Shown here: piece after piece, positions 18,579 through 28,640 of the stretch
Numbering within the stretch: position 1 is the stretch's first letter
Layout of the letters: the number at the start of each line of letters is the position of its first letter
Source: Candidatus Magasanikbacteria bacterium GW2011_GWC2_37_14
GTDB taxonomy: Bacteria; Patescibacteriota; Patescibacteriia; Magasanikbacterales; UBA922
Length of the DNA: 64,000 nt
Direction of reading: 5' to 3'
NCBI GenBank assembly: GCA_000990355.1
Contig: LBSX01000002.1
Coordinates: 6,000-69,999 of the forward strand
Position numbers and translations under genes: made by a program
Notes under the pieces: model-generated
What the model saw: the letters and a program-made list of their open reading frames with translations, nothing else
Database searches by the model: none
What the model was told of the DNA's origin: nothing

Positions 18579-19163
18579 ATGTCAAAAGAAATCGTTTTGG
18601 ATATTGAAACCATTGGCGATATTCGTGATTTTAATAGTTTAAAAGTTACTGTTGTTTCTATTTATGAATATGAAACCGATAAATATACTAGTTTTGTAGA
18701 ATCTGAATTAGGAAATTTGTGGCCAATTTTGGAAAAAAGCGAACGGATAATTGGTTACAATAGTGAACATTTTGATTTGCCAATATTAAATAAATATTAT
18801 GCTGGGGATCTTTTAAAATTTCCCCAATTAGATATATTAAAAGTAATCAAAGAAACTAGTGGTTCACGTTTTAAATTAAATGATATTGCTAAAGCTACCT
18901 TGCAAATCGAAAAAAGTGCCGATGGTTTACAAGCCATGAAATGGTGGGAAGAGGGGAAAGTGGATGAAATCAAAAAATATTGTGAGCAAGATGTAAAAGT
19001 TACCAAAGAGATTTATGAATATGGTCGCAAAAATAAAATGTTGTATTTCTTTACTCTCACCGGCGACCTTACACCAATTGCGGTGAATTTTGAGCCAATA
19101 CCACAATCCACAACAAAAAATGGTAGTACCGTCTCCAATATCAATTTAACCCTGCCCTTGTAG
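18579..19163 (+). CDS. DEDDy-type 3'-5' exonuclease-like protein (RNase H fold, PolB-exonuclease related)
   Basis: Exo I LDIETIG, Exo II IGYNSEHFDLPIL, Exo III YCEQDVKVTKEIY. Confidence 0.5.
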   Translation: MSKEIVLDIETIGDIRDFNSLKVTVVSIYEYETDKYTSFVESELGNLWPILEKSERIIGYNSEHFDLPILNKYYAGDLLKFPQLDILKVIKETSGSRFKLNDIAKATLQIEKSADGLQAMKWWEEGKVDEIKKYCEQDVKVTKEIYEYGRKNKMLYFFTLTGDLTPIAVNFEPIPQSTTKNGSTVSNINLTLPL

Positions 19164-19193
19164 TTGACATCTCATACTTAGATAGTATATAAT
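19164..19193 (+). promoter_or_regulatory. Sigma70-like promoter (TTGACA ... TATAAT) upstream of the Rrf2/Fe-S operon
   Basis: TTGACA at 19164-19169, TATAAT at 19188-19193 (18-nt spacer). Confidence 0.4.
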
Positions 19194-19219
19194 GAATTTA
19201 CTTTTATATACTTATTTAT

Positions 19220-19630
19220 ATGTTACAATTCAACAAAGAAGTAGACTATGCTTTGCAACTGCTTTTGGCATTAAAAAGTTTACCCGAAGGCCAGCTTTTG
19301 AGTTTAAGAAATTTTTCTAAAGGTAGTAAAATTTCTTTTTTATTTTTACAGCGTATCGCCTTTAAATTAAAAAATTCAGGAATTGTTAAGTCCGTAAAGG
19401 GGGCGCAAGGGGGTTATTATTTAGCCCAAAAACCACAAAAAATTACTTTTAAGAATGTGGTTGATTCTTTGGAAGGGGAATGTGTGGTAGCCAATTGTTT
19501 GCGAGCAGGTTTTTGTTGTGAAAAACAAAAGACTTGCAAGGTGCACGATGTTTTTTTCAATATCAACACCAAAATTTTGGAATATTTAAGTGCTATAAAT
19601 CTAGGTACAATTGCTAATTATGACAAATAA
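19220..19630 (+). CDS. Rrf2-family transcriptional regulator (IscR-like)
   Basis: N-terminal wHTH (VDYALQLLLALKS) and a C-terminal Cys cluster (CLRAGFCCEKQKTC). Confidence 0.7.
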   Translation: MLQFNKEVDYALQLLLALKSLPEGQLLSLRNFSKGSKISFLFLQRIAFKLKNSGIVKSVKGAQGGYYLAQKPQKITFKNVVDSLEGECVVANCLRAGFCCEKQKTCKVHDVFFNINTKILEYLSAINLGTIANYDK

Positions 19631-20927
19631 TTTACCTAAAAAACCAAAAACAAAAAAATTAGTATATTTGGATCATGCCGCTACTACATATGTAAGTCAA
19701 GAGGTAGAAAAAGCCACAAAGCCTTTTATAACCAAGATTTTTGGGAACCCCAGTAGTTTGTATGAACTAGGTAGAATTGCTAATGGTGAATTAAATGATT
19801 GCCGACGTAAAGTGGCGGAGATTTTACACGCCCTGCCTGACAATATTATTTTTACGGGTGGTGGTAGTGAATCAGATAACTTGGCTATTTTTGGTGTTTG
19901 TAGAAAAATTGGTAAAGGTCATATTATTGCTACCAGGATAGAACATCACGCAGTGCTTTATCCTTGCCAACAATTAGAAAAAGAAGGTTTTACTGTTACT
20001 TACCTAGAACCAGATTCACAAGGTTTTATTTCACCCAAAAAAGTTTTAGCGGCAATTAAACCAGACACAATTTTGATTTCTATAATGTATGCTAATAATG
20101 AAATTGGTACTGTAGAACCAATTGCTGATATTGGTCGCGAGATTTTAAAATATCGTAAAGCCAACAATCCTTCGGCAGGCTCAGGACAAGTTCAGTATCC
20201 TATTTTTCATACCGATGCTTGCCAAGCCGGTGGAGTGCTGGAATTAGATGTAGAAAAATTACATGTGGACCTAATGACACTTAATGGTAGTAAAATTTAT
20301 GGACCAAAAGGTGTGGGTTTGCTTTACAAACGTCGTGGAGTAAATATTCAACCACTTATTTTTGGTGGTGGTCAAGAAATGAATTTGCGTAGTGGTACTG
20401 AAAATTTAGCTGGCATTGTAGGTTTTACCAAAGCTTTGGAAATTGCTCAAGAAAATCGTCACGAAGAAAATATGCGTTTAGTAGATTTGCGCAATTATTT
20501 TTTTGATCAAATACAAAAGAATATTAAAAATATTAGACTCAATGGTCCCCAACTTCACTCTGATAAAAATCAGAGTTACACTGGGCAAGCTGGTTCTGAA
20601 GTTCTAAACAGATTACCTAACAATCTAAATATTACATTTATTGATGTAGAAGGTGAGGCAATGCTTCTTTATTTAGATGCTTACGGAATTTGTTGTTCTA
20701 CTGGTTCGGCTTGTACTTCAATGTCATTAGAACCTTCACATGTTCTTACCGCTTTAGGTTTGCCCTATGAATACGCTCATGGTAGTTTAAGATTTACTTT
20801 GGGTTATTGTAATACAAAACAAGATATTGATTATGTAATGAGATACTTACCAGCAATTGTAGAAAAATTACGGGAAATGAGTCCGGTGCAGATGGGGAAA
20901 GTTCAACATGCCAAATATAAAAAATGA
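19611..20927 (+). CDS. Cysteine desulfurase (class V aminotransferase, IscS/NifS-like)
   Basis: PLP motifs, SGSKIYGPKGVG lysine region, active-site CSTGSACTS. Confidence 0.85.
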   Translation: MLIMTNNLPKKPKTKKLVYLDHAATTYVSQEVEKATKPFITKIFGNPSSLYELGRIANGELNDCRRKVAEILHALPDNIIFTGGGSESDNLAIFGVCRKIGKGHIIATRIEHHAVLYPCQQLEKEGFTVTYLEPDSQGFISPKKVLAAIKPDTILISIMYANNEIGTVEPIADIGREILKYRKANNPSAGSGQVQYPIFHTDACQAGGVLELDVEKLHVDLMTLNGSKIYGPKGVGLLYKRRGVNIQPLIFGGGQEMNLRSGTENLAGIVGFTKALEIAQENRHEENMRLVDLRNYFFDQIQKNIKNIRLNGPQLHSDKNQSYTGQAGSEVLNRLPNNLNITFIDVEGEAMLLYLDAYGICCSTGSACTSMSLEPSHVLTALGLPYEYAHGSLRFTLGYCNTKQDIDYVMRYLPAIVEKLREMSPVQMGKVQHAKYKK

Positions 20928-21024
20928 CAAATTACTAATATCTAATACCTAATGAAATGACAAATTTTAAAATTTAACATTAAGAATTTCATTAGAAATT
21001 AGTAATTAGACATTAGAAATTATT

Positions 21025-21705
21025 ATGCTTAATAAATCAATCAAAAAAGAAAATTTGGAAAACCCAGTTGACATAAGAAACACTGACGGTTCTGGTTGGT
21101 TGTATTCTGATATTGTAAAAGACCATTTTTTCAACCCGCGCAATTTTATGCAATATGGTGAGGAAGAAAAGTTTAAGTTTAATGGTCTGGGCCGAGTTGG
21201 TTCACCAGCTTGTGGTGATGAAATGGTGTTGTGGATTTTGGTAGATGAAAAAAGTGAAAAAATTATTGATTGCCGTTGGCGTACTTTTGGTTGTGGTTCA
21301 GCGATTGCTTCTACTAGTGTTTTAAGCGAAATGATTATTGAAAATGACGGAATGAAACTAGAGGAGGCTTTGAAAATCAAGCCTCAAGACATTTTAGAGC
21401 GTTTAGGTGGTTTGCCAGCGAGAAAGGTACATTGTTCGGTTTTGGGGGATAAGGCCCTTCAAGAGGCAATTAATGACTATTTTAGGCAAACTGGACAACA
21501 CAATCGCATAATTACAGCGGGTAAAAAGGTTATTGACAAAGTTTTAAATATTACGGATAATGACATTGAAGAAGCAGTTTTGGAAGGGGCACGGACTTTG
21601 GAAGATTTACAAAAAAAATTAAAAGTTGGTGTTGGTGATCCAGAAGCCATTCCTCAAATTGAAGAATTATTAAAATTTTATTTTGAAAAATATTATGAAG
21701 TGTAA
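21025..21705 (+). CDS. IscU/NifU-like Fe-S scaffold with C-terminal extension
   Basis: Three scaffold cysteines in GSPACGDEM, GCGSAIAS and HCSVLG. The C-terminal extension is about 90 aa. Confidence 0.8.
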   Translation: MLNKSIKKENLENPVDIRNTDGSGWLYSDIVKDHFFNPRNFMQYGEEEKFKFNGLGRVGSPACGDEMVLWILVDEKSEKIIDCRWRTFGCGSAIASTSVLSEMIIENDGMKLEEALKIKPQDILERLGGLPARKVHCSVLGDKALQEAINDYFRQTGQHNRIITAGKKVIDKVLNITDNDIEEAVLEGARTLEDLQKKLKVGVGDPEAIPQIEELLKFYFEKYYEV

Positions 21706-21880
21706 AGTAGACAAAGACCTGTGTATTGGCTGTGCCACTTGTACAATTTTGGCTGCCAATAGTTTTAAAATGAATGACGACAACAAAGCTGTGGAAATTA
21801 ATCCTCCAGGTGATGACGCCGAAGCTTTAAAAGATGCCAAAGATAATTGTCCGGTTGCTGCCATTACTATAGAAGAATAA
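21683..21880 (+). CDS. Small ferredoxin (single Fe-S cluster type)
   Basis: 65 aa, CIGCATC ... CP motif. Overlaps the iscU-like 3' end. Confidence 0.6.
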   Translation: MKNIMKCKVDKDLCIGCATCTILAANSFKMNDDNKAVEINPPGDDAEALKDAKDNCPVAAITIEE

Positions 21881-21886
21881 ACAACA

Positions 21887-21916
21887 AAAACAGCTTGCAA
21901 AAAAGCTGTTTTTTTG
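21887..21916 (+). terminator. Rho-independent terminator
   Basis: AACAGCTT/AAGCTGTT hairpin followed by T7. Confidence 0.65.
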
Positions 21917-21929
21917 TTAAGCTTATTAT

Positions 21930-22649
21930 ATGGAAAATATTGGAAAACTTTATATTGTTGCCACCCCAATTGGCAATTTAGGCGACATTACTTTACGCGC
22001 TTTGGAAACATTAAAAAGTGTTGATTTTGTTTTGTGTGAAGATACCAGAGTTACCCAAAATTTACTAAATCATTTTGCTATTAAAACAAAAAGTATTTCC
22101 TACCACCAACATAGCGGTGTAGAAAAAATAAGTGAAATTATTAAATTATTAGAGACCGGTAAAAATTTAGCTCTTGTAACCGATGCTGGCACTCCCGGTA
22201 TCTCTGATCCTGGGAATTATTTGATAGCTGAAATTGTCAAAAAATGTCATGCTGAATTTATTTCAGCATCTCAGGGGATCCTGAAACCAGTTCAGGATGA
22301 CAGTATTGTACCAATCCCAGGTGCTTCGGCAGTCATTACTGCTTTATCAATTTCTGGTTTTTCAACAGATAAATTTTTATTTCTGGGTTTTCCGCCACAT
22401 AAAAAGGGTCGCAAGACGTTTTTTGAAGAATTAGCAAAAGTAGAACACACAGTTTGTTTTTATGAATCAAATCATCGAATTAAAAAATGTTTAGGAGAAT
22501 TAGCCGACGTTTTGGAAGAAGATAGACAAATGTGCGTGTGCCGTGAATTAACAAAAAAATTTGAAACTATTTATCGTGGAACAATAAAAGAAATATTAAC
22601 AAAAAATATTTCCGAAAAAGGCGAATTTGTAATAGTAATTAGTAATTAA
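21930..22649 (+). CDS. rsmI: 16S rRNA (cytidine1402-2'-O)-methyltransferase RsmI (tetrapyrrole methylase fold)
   Basis: LYIVATPIGNLGDITLRALETL...VLCEDTR. Carries an in-frame palindromic insertion at 22246-22301. Confidence 0.8.
   Translation: MENIGKLYIVATPIGNLGDITLRALETLKSVDFVLCEDTRVTQNLLNHFAIKTKSISYHQHSGVEKISEIIKLLETGKNLALVTDAGTPGISDPGNYLIAEIVKKCHAEFISASQGILKPVQDDSIVPIPGASAVITALSISGFSTDKFLFLGFPPHKKGRKTFFEELAKVEHTVCFYESNHRIKKCLGELADVLEEDRQMCVCRELTKKFETIYRGTIKEILTKNISEKGEFVIVISN
22246..22301. repeat. Family A double-hairpin element (GTCAT-hp1-hp2-ATGAC), short form, inside rsmI
   Basis: GTCATGCTGAATTTATTTCAGCATC ... GATCCTGAAACCAGTTCAGGATGAC. Translated in-frame as HAEFISASQGILKPVQDD. Confidence 0.65.
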
Positions 22650-22650
22650 T

Positions 22651-24135
22651 ATGAAAAATTTTTATTTAACAACTACACTTCCATATGTAAATGCCGAACC
22701 TCACATTGGTTTTGCTTTGGAAATTATTCAAGCTGATGTAATTGCTCGTTATCATAAGTTGCTAGGTGAAGAAGTAATTTTTAATACTGGTACTGATGAG
22801 CATGGTTTAAAAATATATCGTAAAGCAATAGAACTGGGTGTTGAACTACAAAAATATTGCGACGAATATGCTGCCAAGTTCGATGCTTTAAAGCAAGCCT
22901 TAAATTTAAGTTATACTCATTTTATTCGTACTACCGACCCACATCATCTCAAAGCTGCTCAGGAATTTTGGTTACGTTGTGAAAAAAATGGTGATATTTA
23001 TAAAAAGAATTATAAAGTAAAATATTGTGTAGGTTGTGAATTAGAAAAAACTGATTCCGAATTGGTAGACGATAAATGTCCAGTGCATCCAAATTTAAAT
23101 ATTGAATTAATTGAAGAAGAAAATTATTTTTTTAAATTTTCTAAATTTCAAAAGCCATTACTGGAACTTTATAAAAAGAATCCAAAATTTGTTATTCCAG
23201 CCAATCGTCAATTAGAAATAAAAAACTTTGTGGAAAAAGGTTTGGAAGATTTTAGTATTTCTAGATTAAAAGAAAAAATGCCTTGGGGTATTCCAGTGCC
23301 AAATGATGCTGATCATGTAATGTACGTTTGGTTTGATGCTCTTATAAACTATATATCTACATTAGGTTGGCCAGAAGATGAAAATAATTTTAATAATTTT
23401 TGGCCAGGAATTCAAGTAGCCGGAAAAGATAATTTACGCCAACAATCGGCAATGTGGCAAGCAATGCTGTTGTCTGCAGGGTTGCCAACGTCAAAACAGA
23501 TATTTATTCATGGTTTTATTACCTCCGAAGGACAAAAAATGAGTAAGAGTTTCGGTAATGTTGTTGAACCTTATAAAATTGTAGATAAATATGGCACTGA
23601 TGCCACGCGTTATTTCTTGCTTGGTGGTTTGCCTTCATATGAAGATGGTGATTTTTCTATTGAACGTTTTGAAGAATTTTATACTGCTCATCTTGTAAAT
23701 GGAGTAGGGAATTTATCAAGTCGAATTTTGACGATGATTGAAAAATATTCAGAATCAAAAATACCAGCTCAAATAGCAGATAACAAATATCAGTTAACAG
23801 AATTTTGGGCAAGTTATGATAAATTTATTAATGAATATAGATTTGAATCAATTGTTGAATTGGTGAATAGTCTTGTTGGCCAACTTGATGGAATGATTTC
23901 AACAGAAAAACCATGGGAAAAAGCGAAAAAAGGTGAAGATATTTCTGGTTTACTTTATCAACTAGCTGAAGGTTTGCGTCATATTGCTGTAGCACTTTTA
24001 CCAATTATTCCCGAAACTGCAGAAAAGATTTTAAAACAATTAGGCACAGAAGATACTTCGCGCGACTGGGGAAAATTAGAAGAAGGTGGTATAATAAAAA
24101 AAGGCGTGATACTTTTCCCAAGACTGGAAAAATAA
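22651..24135 (+). CDS. metG: Methionyl-tRNA synthetase (short form without C-terminal tRNA-binding domain)
   Basis: HIGH-type motif PYVNAEPHIGF, KMSKS, zinc knuckle CVGCE...CPVH. Confidence 0.9.
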   Translation: MKNFYLTTTLPYVNAEPHIGFALEIIQADVIARYHKLLGEEVIFNTGTDEHGLKIYRKAIELGVELQKYCDEYAAKFDALKQALNLSYTHFIRTTDPHHLKAAQEFWLRCEKNGDIYKKNYKVKYCVGCELEKTDSELVDDKCPVHPNLNIELIEEENYFFKFSKFQKPLLELYKKNPKFVIPANRQLEIKNFVEKGLEDFSISRLKEKMPWGIPVPNDADHVMYVWFDALINYISTLGWPEDENNFNNFWPGIQVAGKDNLRQQSAMWQAMLLSAGLPTSKQIFIHGFITSEGQKMSKSFGNVVEPYKIVDKYGTDATRYFLLGGLPSYEDGDFSIERFEEFYTAHLVNGVGNLSSRILTMIEKYSESKIPAQIADNKYQLTEFWASYDKFINEYRFESIVELVNSLVGQLDGMISTEKPWEKAKKGEDISGLLYQLAEGLRHIAVALLPIIPETAEKILKQLGTEDTSRDWGKLEEGGIIKKGVILFPRLEK

Positions 24136-24240
24136 TTTTCATTTTACAATTTACAATTTTCAATAAATTATCAATTTTCAATTACCAATTTGGAAATTGT
24201 TTCATTGAAAATTTATTGTAAATTGATTATTGATAATTGT
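24136..24240. repeat. AT-rich intergenic repeat module (TTTACAATT / TTTTCAATAAATT units plus the 22-mer TTGAAAATTTATTGTAAATTGA)
   Basis: The 22-bp exact match and the flanking motifs recur at 31040-31172. Confidence 0.55.
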
Positions 24241-24267
24241 AAATTTTATTTTTTAATTTTTTATGTT

Positions 24268-24810
24268 ATGAGTTTATTCGACATAATATTATTAATCATC
24301 ATTGGTGGTTTTACCATGTTTGGTTTTTGGTTTGGTTTGATTCACACTCTTGGTTCACTCTTGGGTACAGTGTTTGGGGCTTATTTGGCTGCCAGATTTT
24401 ATGAACCAATGGCTGGGTGGCTGATGAATATTACCGGTTGGGGTGGTAATATTTCCAAAGTTTTAATGTTTATTATCGCCTTTATAATTATCAACCGTTT
24501 GGTTGGTTTTGCTTTTTGGATTGTGGAAAAAATTACCAATGTTATTACTTATCTACCATTTATTCAAGGAATTAATAGACTTCTTGGCATGATTTTGGGT
24601 TTGGCCGAAGGTTTAATTACTTTGGGTTTAATTTTTTATTTTATTGAACGTTTTCCTCTTTCCGATACTTTTATGCAATGGATGGCTAATTCGGTAGTAG
24701 TACCATACACACTCTCTATTGCCGCTGTTTTAATTCCACTACTCCCTGAAGCCTTAAAAATGCTAAAATCTACAGTGGATTATGTAGAGCATACGCTGAT
24801 TAAATTGTAA
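24268..24810 (+). CDS. CvpA-family membrane protein
   Basis: Four TM helices. N-terminal LFDIILLIIIGGFTMFGFWFGL is typical of CvpA. Start placed at the internal Met after the repeat. Confidence 0.6.
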   Translation: MSLFDIILLIIIGGFTMFGFWFGLIHTLGSLLGTVFGAYLAARFYEPMAGWLMNITGWGGNISKVLMFIIAFIIINRLVGFAFWIVEKITNVITYLPFIQGINRLLGMILGLAEGLITLGLIFYFIERFPLSDTFMQWMANSVVVPYTLSIAAVLIPLLPEALKMLKSTVDYVEHTLIKL

Positions 24811-24811
24811 A

Positions 24812-24840
24812 ACAAAGCTCCGTTCGCGGAGCTTTTAAAA
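24812..24840 (+). terminator. Rho-independent terminator
   Basis: AAAGCTCCG/CGGAGCTTT hairpin followed by a T-run. Confidence 0.6.
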
Positions 24841-24842
24841 TT

Positions 24843-26696
24843 ATGAGGAAATATTTACTAATGTTTATTTTATTATTTATTACTGGTTGTACCGGTGTTT
24901 CTTTAGTTAACGAACAAAACACAACAACAAATAATAAAATAAATTATCAATACAGCAAACCTTGGGATAAAGAATTGTTTGATAATTTTTATAAAAATAA
25001 ATTATCACCAACCTCAACTTTACCAAGTATTAAAGGTGGAATTATTCCTCATCATTTATTGGCAGGTAACTATATTGCCAGTTTTTTGGCTACCTTGGAA
25101 AAACAAAAACCCAGTGTCGTAGTTCTAATTGGTCCTAATCATTTTAGCGAAGGTCGGGGACAAGTAATTTCTTCAGTTTGGGATTGGCAAACTCCTTATG
25201 GTGTTTTGAAAACAAATGAAGAATTATTGAATAAATTGCACGACGAAAAATTTATAACTTTTGAAAATAATGTTTTTAAAACCGAACATAGTATTAATGG
25301 ACCAATAGCATTAATTAAAAAAATTCTACCCAAGACAACTATTATACCGCTTATTTTAAAAAATAATTTAAGCAACAAAGAATTGGATAATTTATCAATC
25401 AAATTAAAAGAAATTTTACCGGCTGACGCAGTAATTATTTCTTCCATAGATTTTTCACATTATCAAACATTAAACGCGGCTAATCTCCATGATGAATTTA
25501 GCGAAAGTGTAATCGCTAGTTTTGATTATACACGATTAAAAACTTTGGAAATTGATTCTGTACCTTCGTTATATGTGCTTTTAAAATTAATGGATAGTTA
25601 TGGTACTAAGAAAATTGTTCAGGCTTGGCACAGTAATAGTGCCGAAATTACTGGTCAACCAGATTTAGCACAATCTACTAGTTATTATTTACCACTATTT
25701 GGTAAAGGAGAAGCGAATACAGAAAAAGTTGCTAGTTTGTTATTTTTTGGCGACATGATGTTGGATAGGAACGTGGCCAAAAGAATAAGTGAAAATGGAG
25801 CAGATTATATTTTTACAAAATTAGCTGGTGAAGAAAATCGCTTTTTAAAAGGCGTGGATATTATTCATGCAAATTTGGAGGGGCCATTTGCCAATTATCG
25901 TCGACCCACGACCAAAGAAATTGCTTTTCAATTTAATCCGGAATTAATAAGTACTTTGAAAAAATATAATTTTAATTTGTTTTCAGTTGCCAATAATCAT
26001 ACTTTGGATATGGGTAGTGCCGGTTTGGCAGAATCAAAAGAAAATTTAACTAATGCTGGTTTGGAATTTTATGGTGATGGCTATGATATTGGACAGGATG
26101 CAACTCTTTTTAAAGAAATTGGAGGAGTTAAAATTGGTTTTGTGGGTTTCAATGACACCTATTTCCCACTGAGCGAAGAAAAAATTATTAATAAAATTAA
26201 ATTAGCCAAAGCCCAAAGTGACCTGGTAGTGGTAAATATTCACTGGGGATCAGAATATAAAGTTTTAAAATCCAATCAACGCCAACAATCTTTGGCGCAT
26301 TTAATGATTGATAACGGGGCTGATATAATTATTGGTCATCACCCACATGTAGTACAAGAGATGGAGATTTATAAAGATAAACCCATATTTTATTCTTTGG
26401 GAAATTTTGTTTTTGATCAGTATTTTTCCCAAGAAACCCAAGAAGAAATGGGTGTCGGTTTAGTCTGTCATTGCGAGGACGAAGGACAAAGCAATCCCAA
26501 TGATGTAAAAATAAGTCAGTGTCAGAAAAAATCTTTATCAATTTATGTCTTTCCTTTACAAAGTGTTAACAGCCAAATCAGTCAAATGCCACCTGAAAAT
26601 GGCAAAATTTGGTTTAAAAATTTTGTTGACAGTAGTCGTTTGAACGGCTATAATTTTGATACTAATAAACATTTAAATTTAATTTATGAAAAATAA
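24843..26696 (+). CDS. Lipoprotein: Memo-like (AmmeMemoRadiSam B) N-terminal domain fused to CapA/PgsA-like metallophosphatase domain
   Basis: Lipobox LFITGCTG. GGIIPHHLLAGNYIASF...VVVLIGPNHF matches the Memo fold. GDMMLDRNV...NNHTLDMG...GHHPHVVQEM...GNFVFDQ matches the CapA fold. Confidence 0.6.
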   Translation: MRKYLLMFILLFITGCTGVSLVNEQNTTTNNKINYQYSKPWDKELFDNFYKNKLSPTSTLPSIKGGIIPHHLLAGNYIASFLATLEKQKPSVVVLIGPNHFSEGRGQVISSVWDWQTPYGVLKTNEELLNKLHDEKFITFENNVFKTEHSINGPIALIKKILPKTTIIPLILKNNLSNKELDNLSIKLKEILPADAVIISSIDFSHYQTLNAANLHDEFSESVIASFDYTRLKTLEIDSVPSLYVLLKLMDSYGTKKIVQAWHSNSAEITGQPDLAQSTSYYLPLFGKGEANTEKVASLLFFGDMMLDRNVAKRISENGADYIFTKLAGEENRFLKGVDIIHANLEGPFANYRRPTTKEIAFQFNPELISTLKKYNFNLFSVANNHTLDMGSAGLAESKENLTNAGLEFYGDGYDIGQDATLFKEIGGVKIGFVGFNDTYFPLSEEKIINKIKLAKAQSDLVVVNIHWGSEYKVLKSNQRQQSLAHLMIDNGADIIIGHHPHVVQEMEIYKDKPIFYSLGNFVFDQYFSQETQEEMGVGLVCHCEDEGQSNPNDVKISQCQKKSLSIYVFPLQSVNSQISQMPPENGKIWFKNFVDSSRLNGYNFDTNKHLNLIYEK

Positions 26697-28638
26697 AATT
26701 CTCTTGGTGGCATCTCTGCTTAGTGTTGCTTTAGTGTTTTCTGGTTGCCAATTTACTGACAATTTTAAAACTTTTTTTGCCAAAAAAGAAGCACCTGTGG
26801 TGGTAATACCTAACGATCCAAACACTAACTCTATCAATGAAGTAGCTGGTGAAAGTACTGAAATGGAAGTAGTAGAAGCTGTTTGGAGTGGTAAAGCAGA
26901 AAAAGTTTCTCTTGAAGAAACTAATACCTTATTAAATAAATTATATCCCAACTATCAAAAAACTGTTGAGTGGGTTAATAACTACAAAAAACTTTGTAGT
27001 AAAAATTTAAAAAATGAAATTTGTTCGCAAGCAGTTTCTCCAGATTCAATGACTAACCCAGAAATAGTTTTGTATAAAGTTGGTAAAACGAAAGTTGGTA
27101 ATTTTGATATTTATTACCTAACAGTACCAATTTTACCAATCATGGAAATGGGAACTCCCCAACAAAGTTGGCTGGCATATTTTGACAGTGTAAATAACAA
27201 AATGGTTGGTTTGCAGGCAAATAAAGAAATGGCCTTCAGTTACCCAACTTATGGAATTGATACTTTACCAAATTACGTAACAGGACCAAACAATTTCAAT
27301 TTAGGTCCAGAATATAAAAATGTGGAAATTTTTTCAGAAAATAAATTTTTAAGTTTACAAACAGAATTTTTAACTTTAGACGAGACTACCATCGAATTAC
27401 CTGGGGGCAATGTAAAGTTGACTCCCCTTGGTTTTTATAAGACAGGCTGGTCTAGTTGGTCAAATATTGAAATGCTGGGTGATTTTGGTTTAGATGATCC
27501 TTTGATTGGAAAAACTTACGAAGATAAAATAAATTCTTCAACTGATTTTATGGATGGTAAAATTTTACCAGGATTAAAATATCAAAATGGTTGTTTTTAT
27601 CGAGTTTTGACAAATGGTTCATTATTTTTTTATAAAGTCCAACCTTATTTCTTTAAACAAACATTGGAATCAATGGCATTGCAAACATACCCAGAAAGTT
27701 TTGTGGCAACAATTGAATGGAAAAATAAAAGTAATGAAAAAGATTTTTACTTTGCTTATGGCGAGTTAGGTGGTTGTGGATCTATTGTTTTTAACTGTAA
27801 AGAAATAGTAAATAATAAACCGTGGTTTAGTGAAAATGACTTGGTAGAAATTGGTAAAACTGCGAGCGCAGAAAAAGTTTATGAATTAAAAAACAAAAAG
27901 GATAATGAGTTCTACAAAGAATTTTTTCAAAATTACGGATCTGTAGTTTATGATAATTATGGAGAGTCTGAAAAAATACCCGAGGCAACTCGTTATGCTA
28001 ACTTTCTAAGTGATCAGCCAGTATTTTTTTGGAAAGATAACTGGGGAAATTGGCGTGTTTATCAAAAAATTAAATATAGGCCAATGGCAGAATGTGGTAA
28101 GCCAGTAATTTATTTATATCCAGAAGAAACTACTGATGTAAGCGTAAAAGTAGCACCAACTGGTGGATTAACGATTACCGAACCAATGTATAATAATGGT
28201 TGGTTGGTAAAAGCCACACCAAATAGTGAATTGTTTAATTATGCTAACCAAACTAATTATCCTTATTTATTTTGGGAAGGTAAAGCTAATGATTTTGTAA
28301 CTCCAGATTATGGCTATGTAATTAAACGTGAACAAGTTGCAATGAAAATGAAGGAAATCCTTGGTAAATTGGGTTTGAACACTAAAGAAACTGCTGATTT
28401 TCTAGAATTTTGGCAACCAAAGTTGGAAGTAAAACCATATGTGTTTGTAACCTTTGTACCACAAAGAGAGTTTGATAAAATGGCACCTCTAACAATTTCA
28501 CCAAAACCGGATAAAGTTATTCGTGTGTTTATGGATTATGAACCATTAGAAAAATTTATTAATGTTCCTGAGCCACAATTTAGCACTCCAATACGCACTG
28601 GGTTTACGGTTGTGGAATGGGGTGGTAGGTTGCACTAA
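26686..28638 (+). CDS. Large hypothetical lipoprotein (650 aa)
   Basis: Signal/lipobox ALVFSGCQF. No recognisable catalytic motifs. Co-oriented with and overlapping the Memo-CapA gene. Confidence 0.55.
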   Translation: MKNKILLVASLLSVALVFSGCQFTDNFKTFFAKKEAPVVVIPNDPNTNSINEVAGESTEMEVVEAVWSGKAEKVSLEETNTLLNKLYPNYQKTVEWVNNYKKLCSKNLKNEICSQAVSPDSMTNPEIVLYKVGKTKVGNFDIYYLTVPILPIMEMGTPQQSWLAYFDSVNNKMVGLQANKEMAFSYPTYGIDTLPNYVTGPNNFNLGPEYKNVEIFSENKFLSLQTEFLTLDETTIELPGGNVKLTPLGFYKTGWSSWSNIEMLGDFGLDDPLIGKTYEDKINSSTDFMDGKILPGLKYQNGCFYRVLTNGSLFFYKVQPYFFKQTLESMALQTYPESFVATIEWKNKSNEKDFYFAYGELGGCGSIVFNCKEIVNNKPWFSENDLVEIGKTASAEKVYELKNKKDNEFYKEFFQNYGSVVYDNYGESEKIPEATRYANFLSDQPVFFWKDNWGNWRVYQKIKYRPMAECGKPVIYLYPEETTDVSVKVAPTGGLTITEPMYNNGWLVKATPNSELFNYANQTNYPYLFWEGKANDFVTPDYGYVIKREQVAMKMKEILGKLGLNTKETADFLEFWQPKLEVKPYVFVTFVPQREFDKMAPLTISPKPDKVIRVFMDYEPLEKFINVPEPQFSTPIRTGFTVVEWGGRLH

Positions 28639-28640
28639 TT

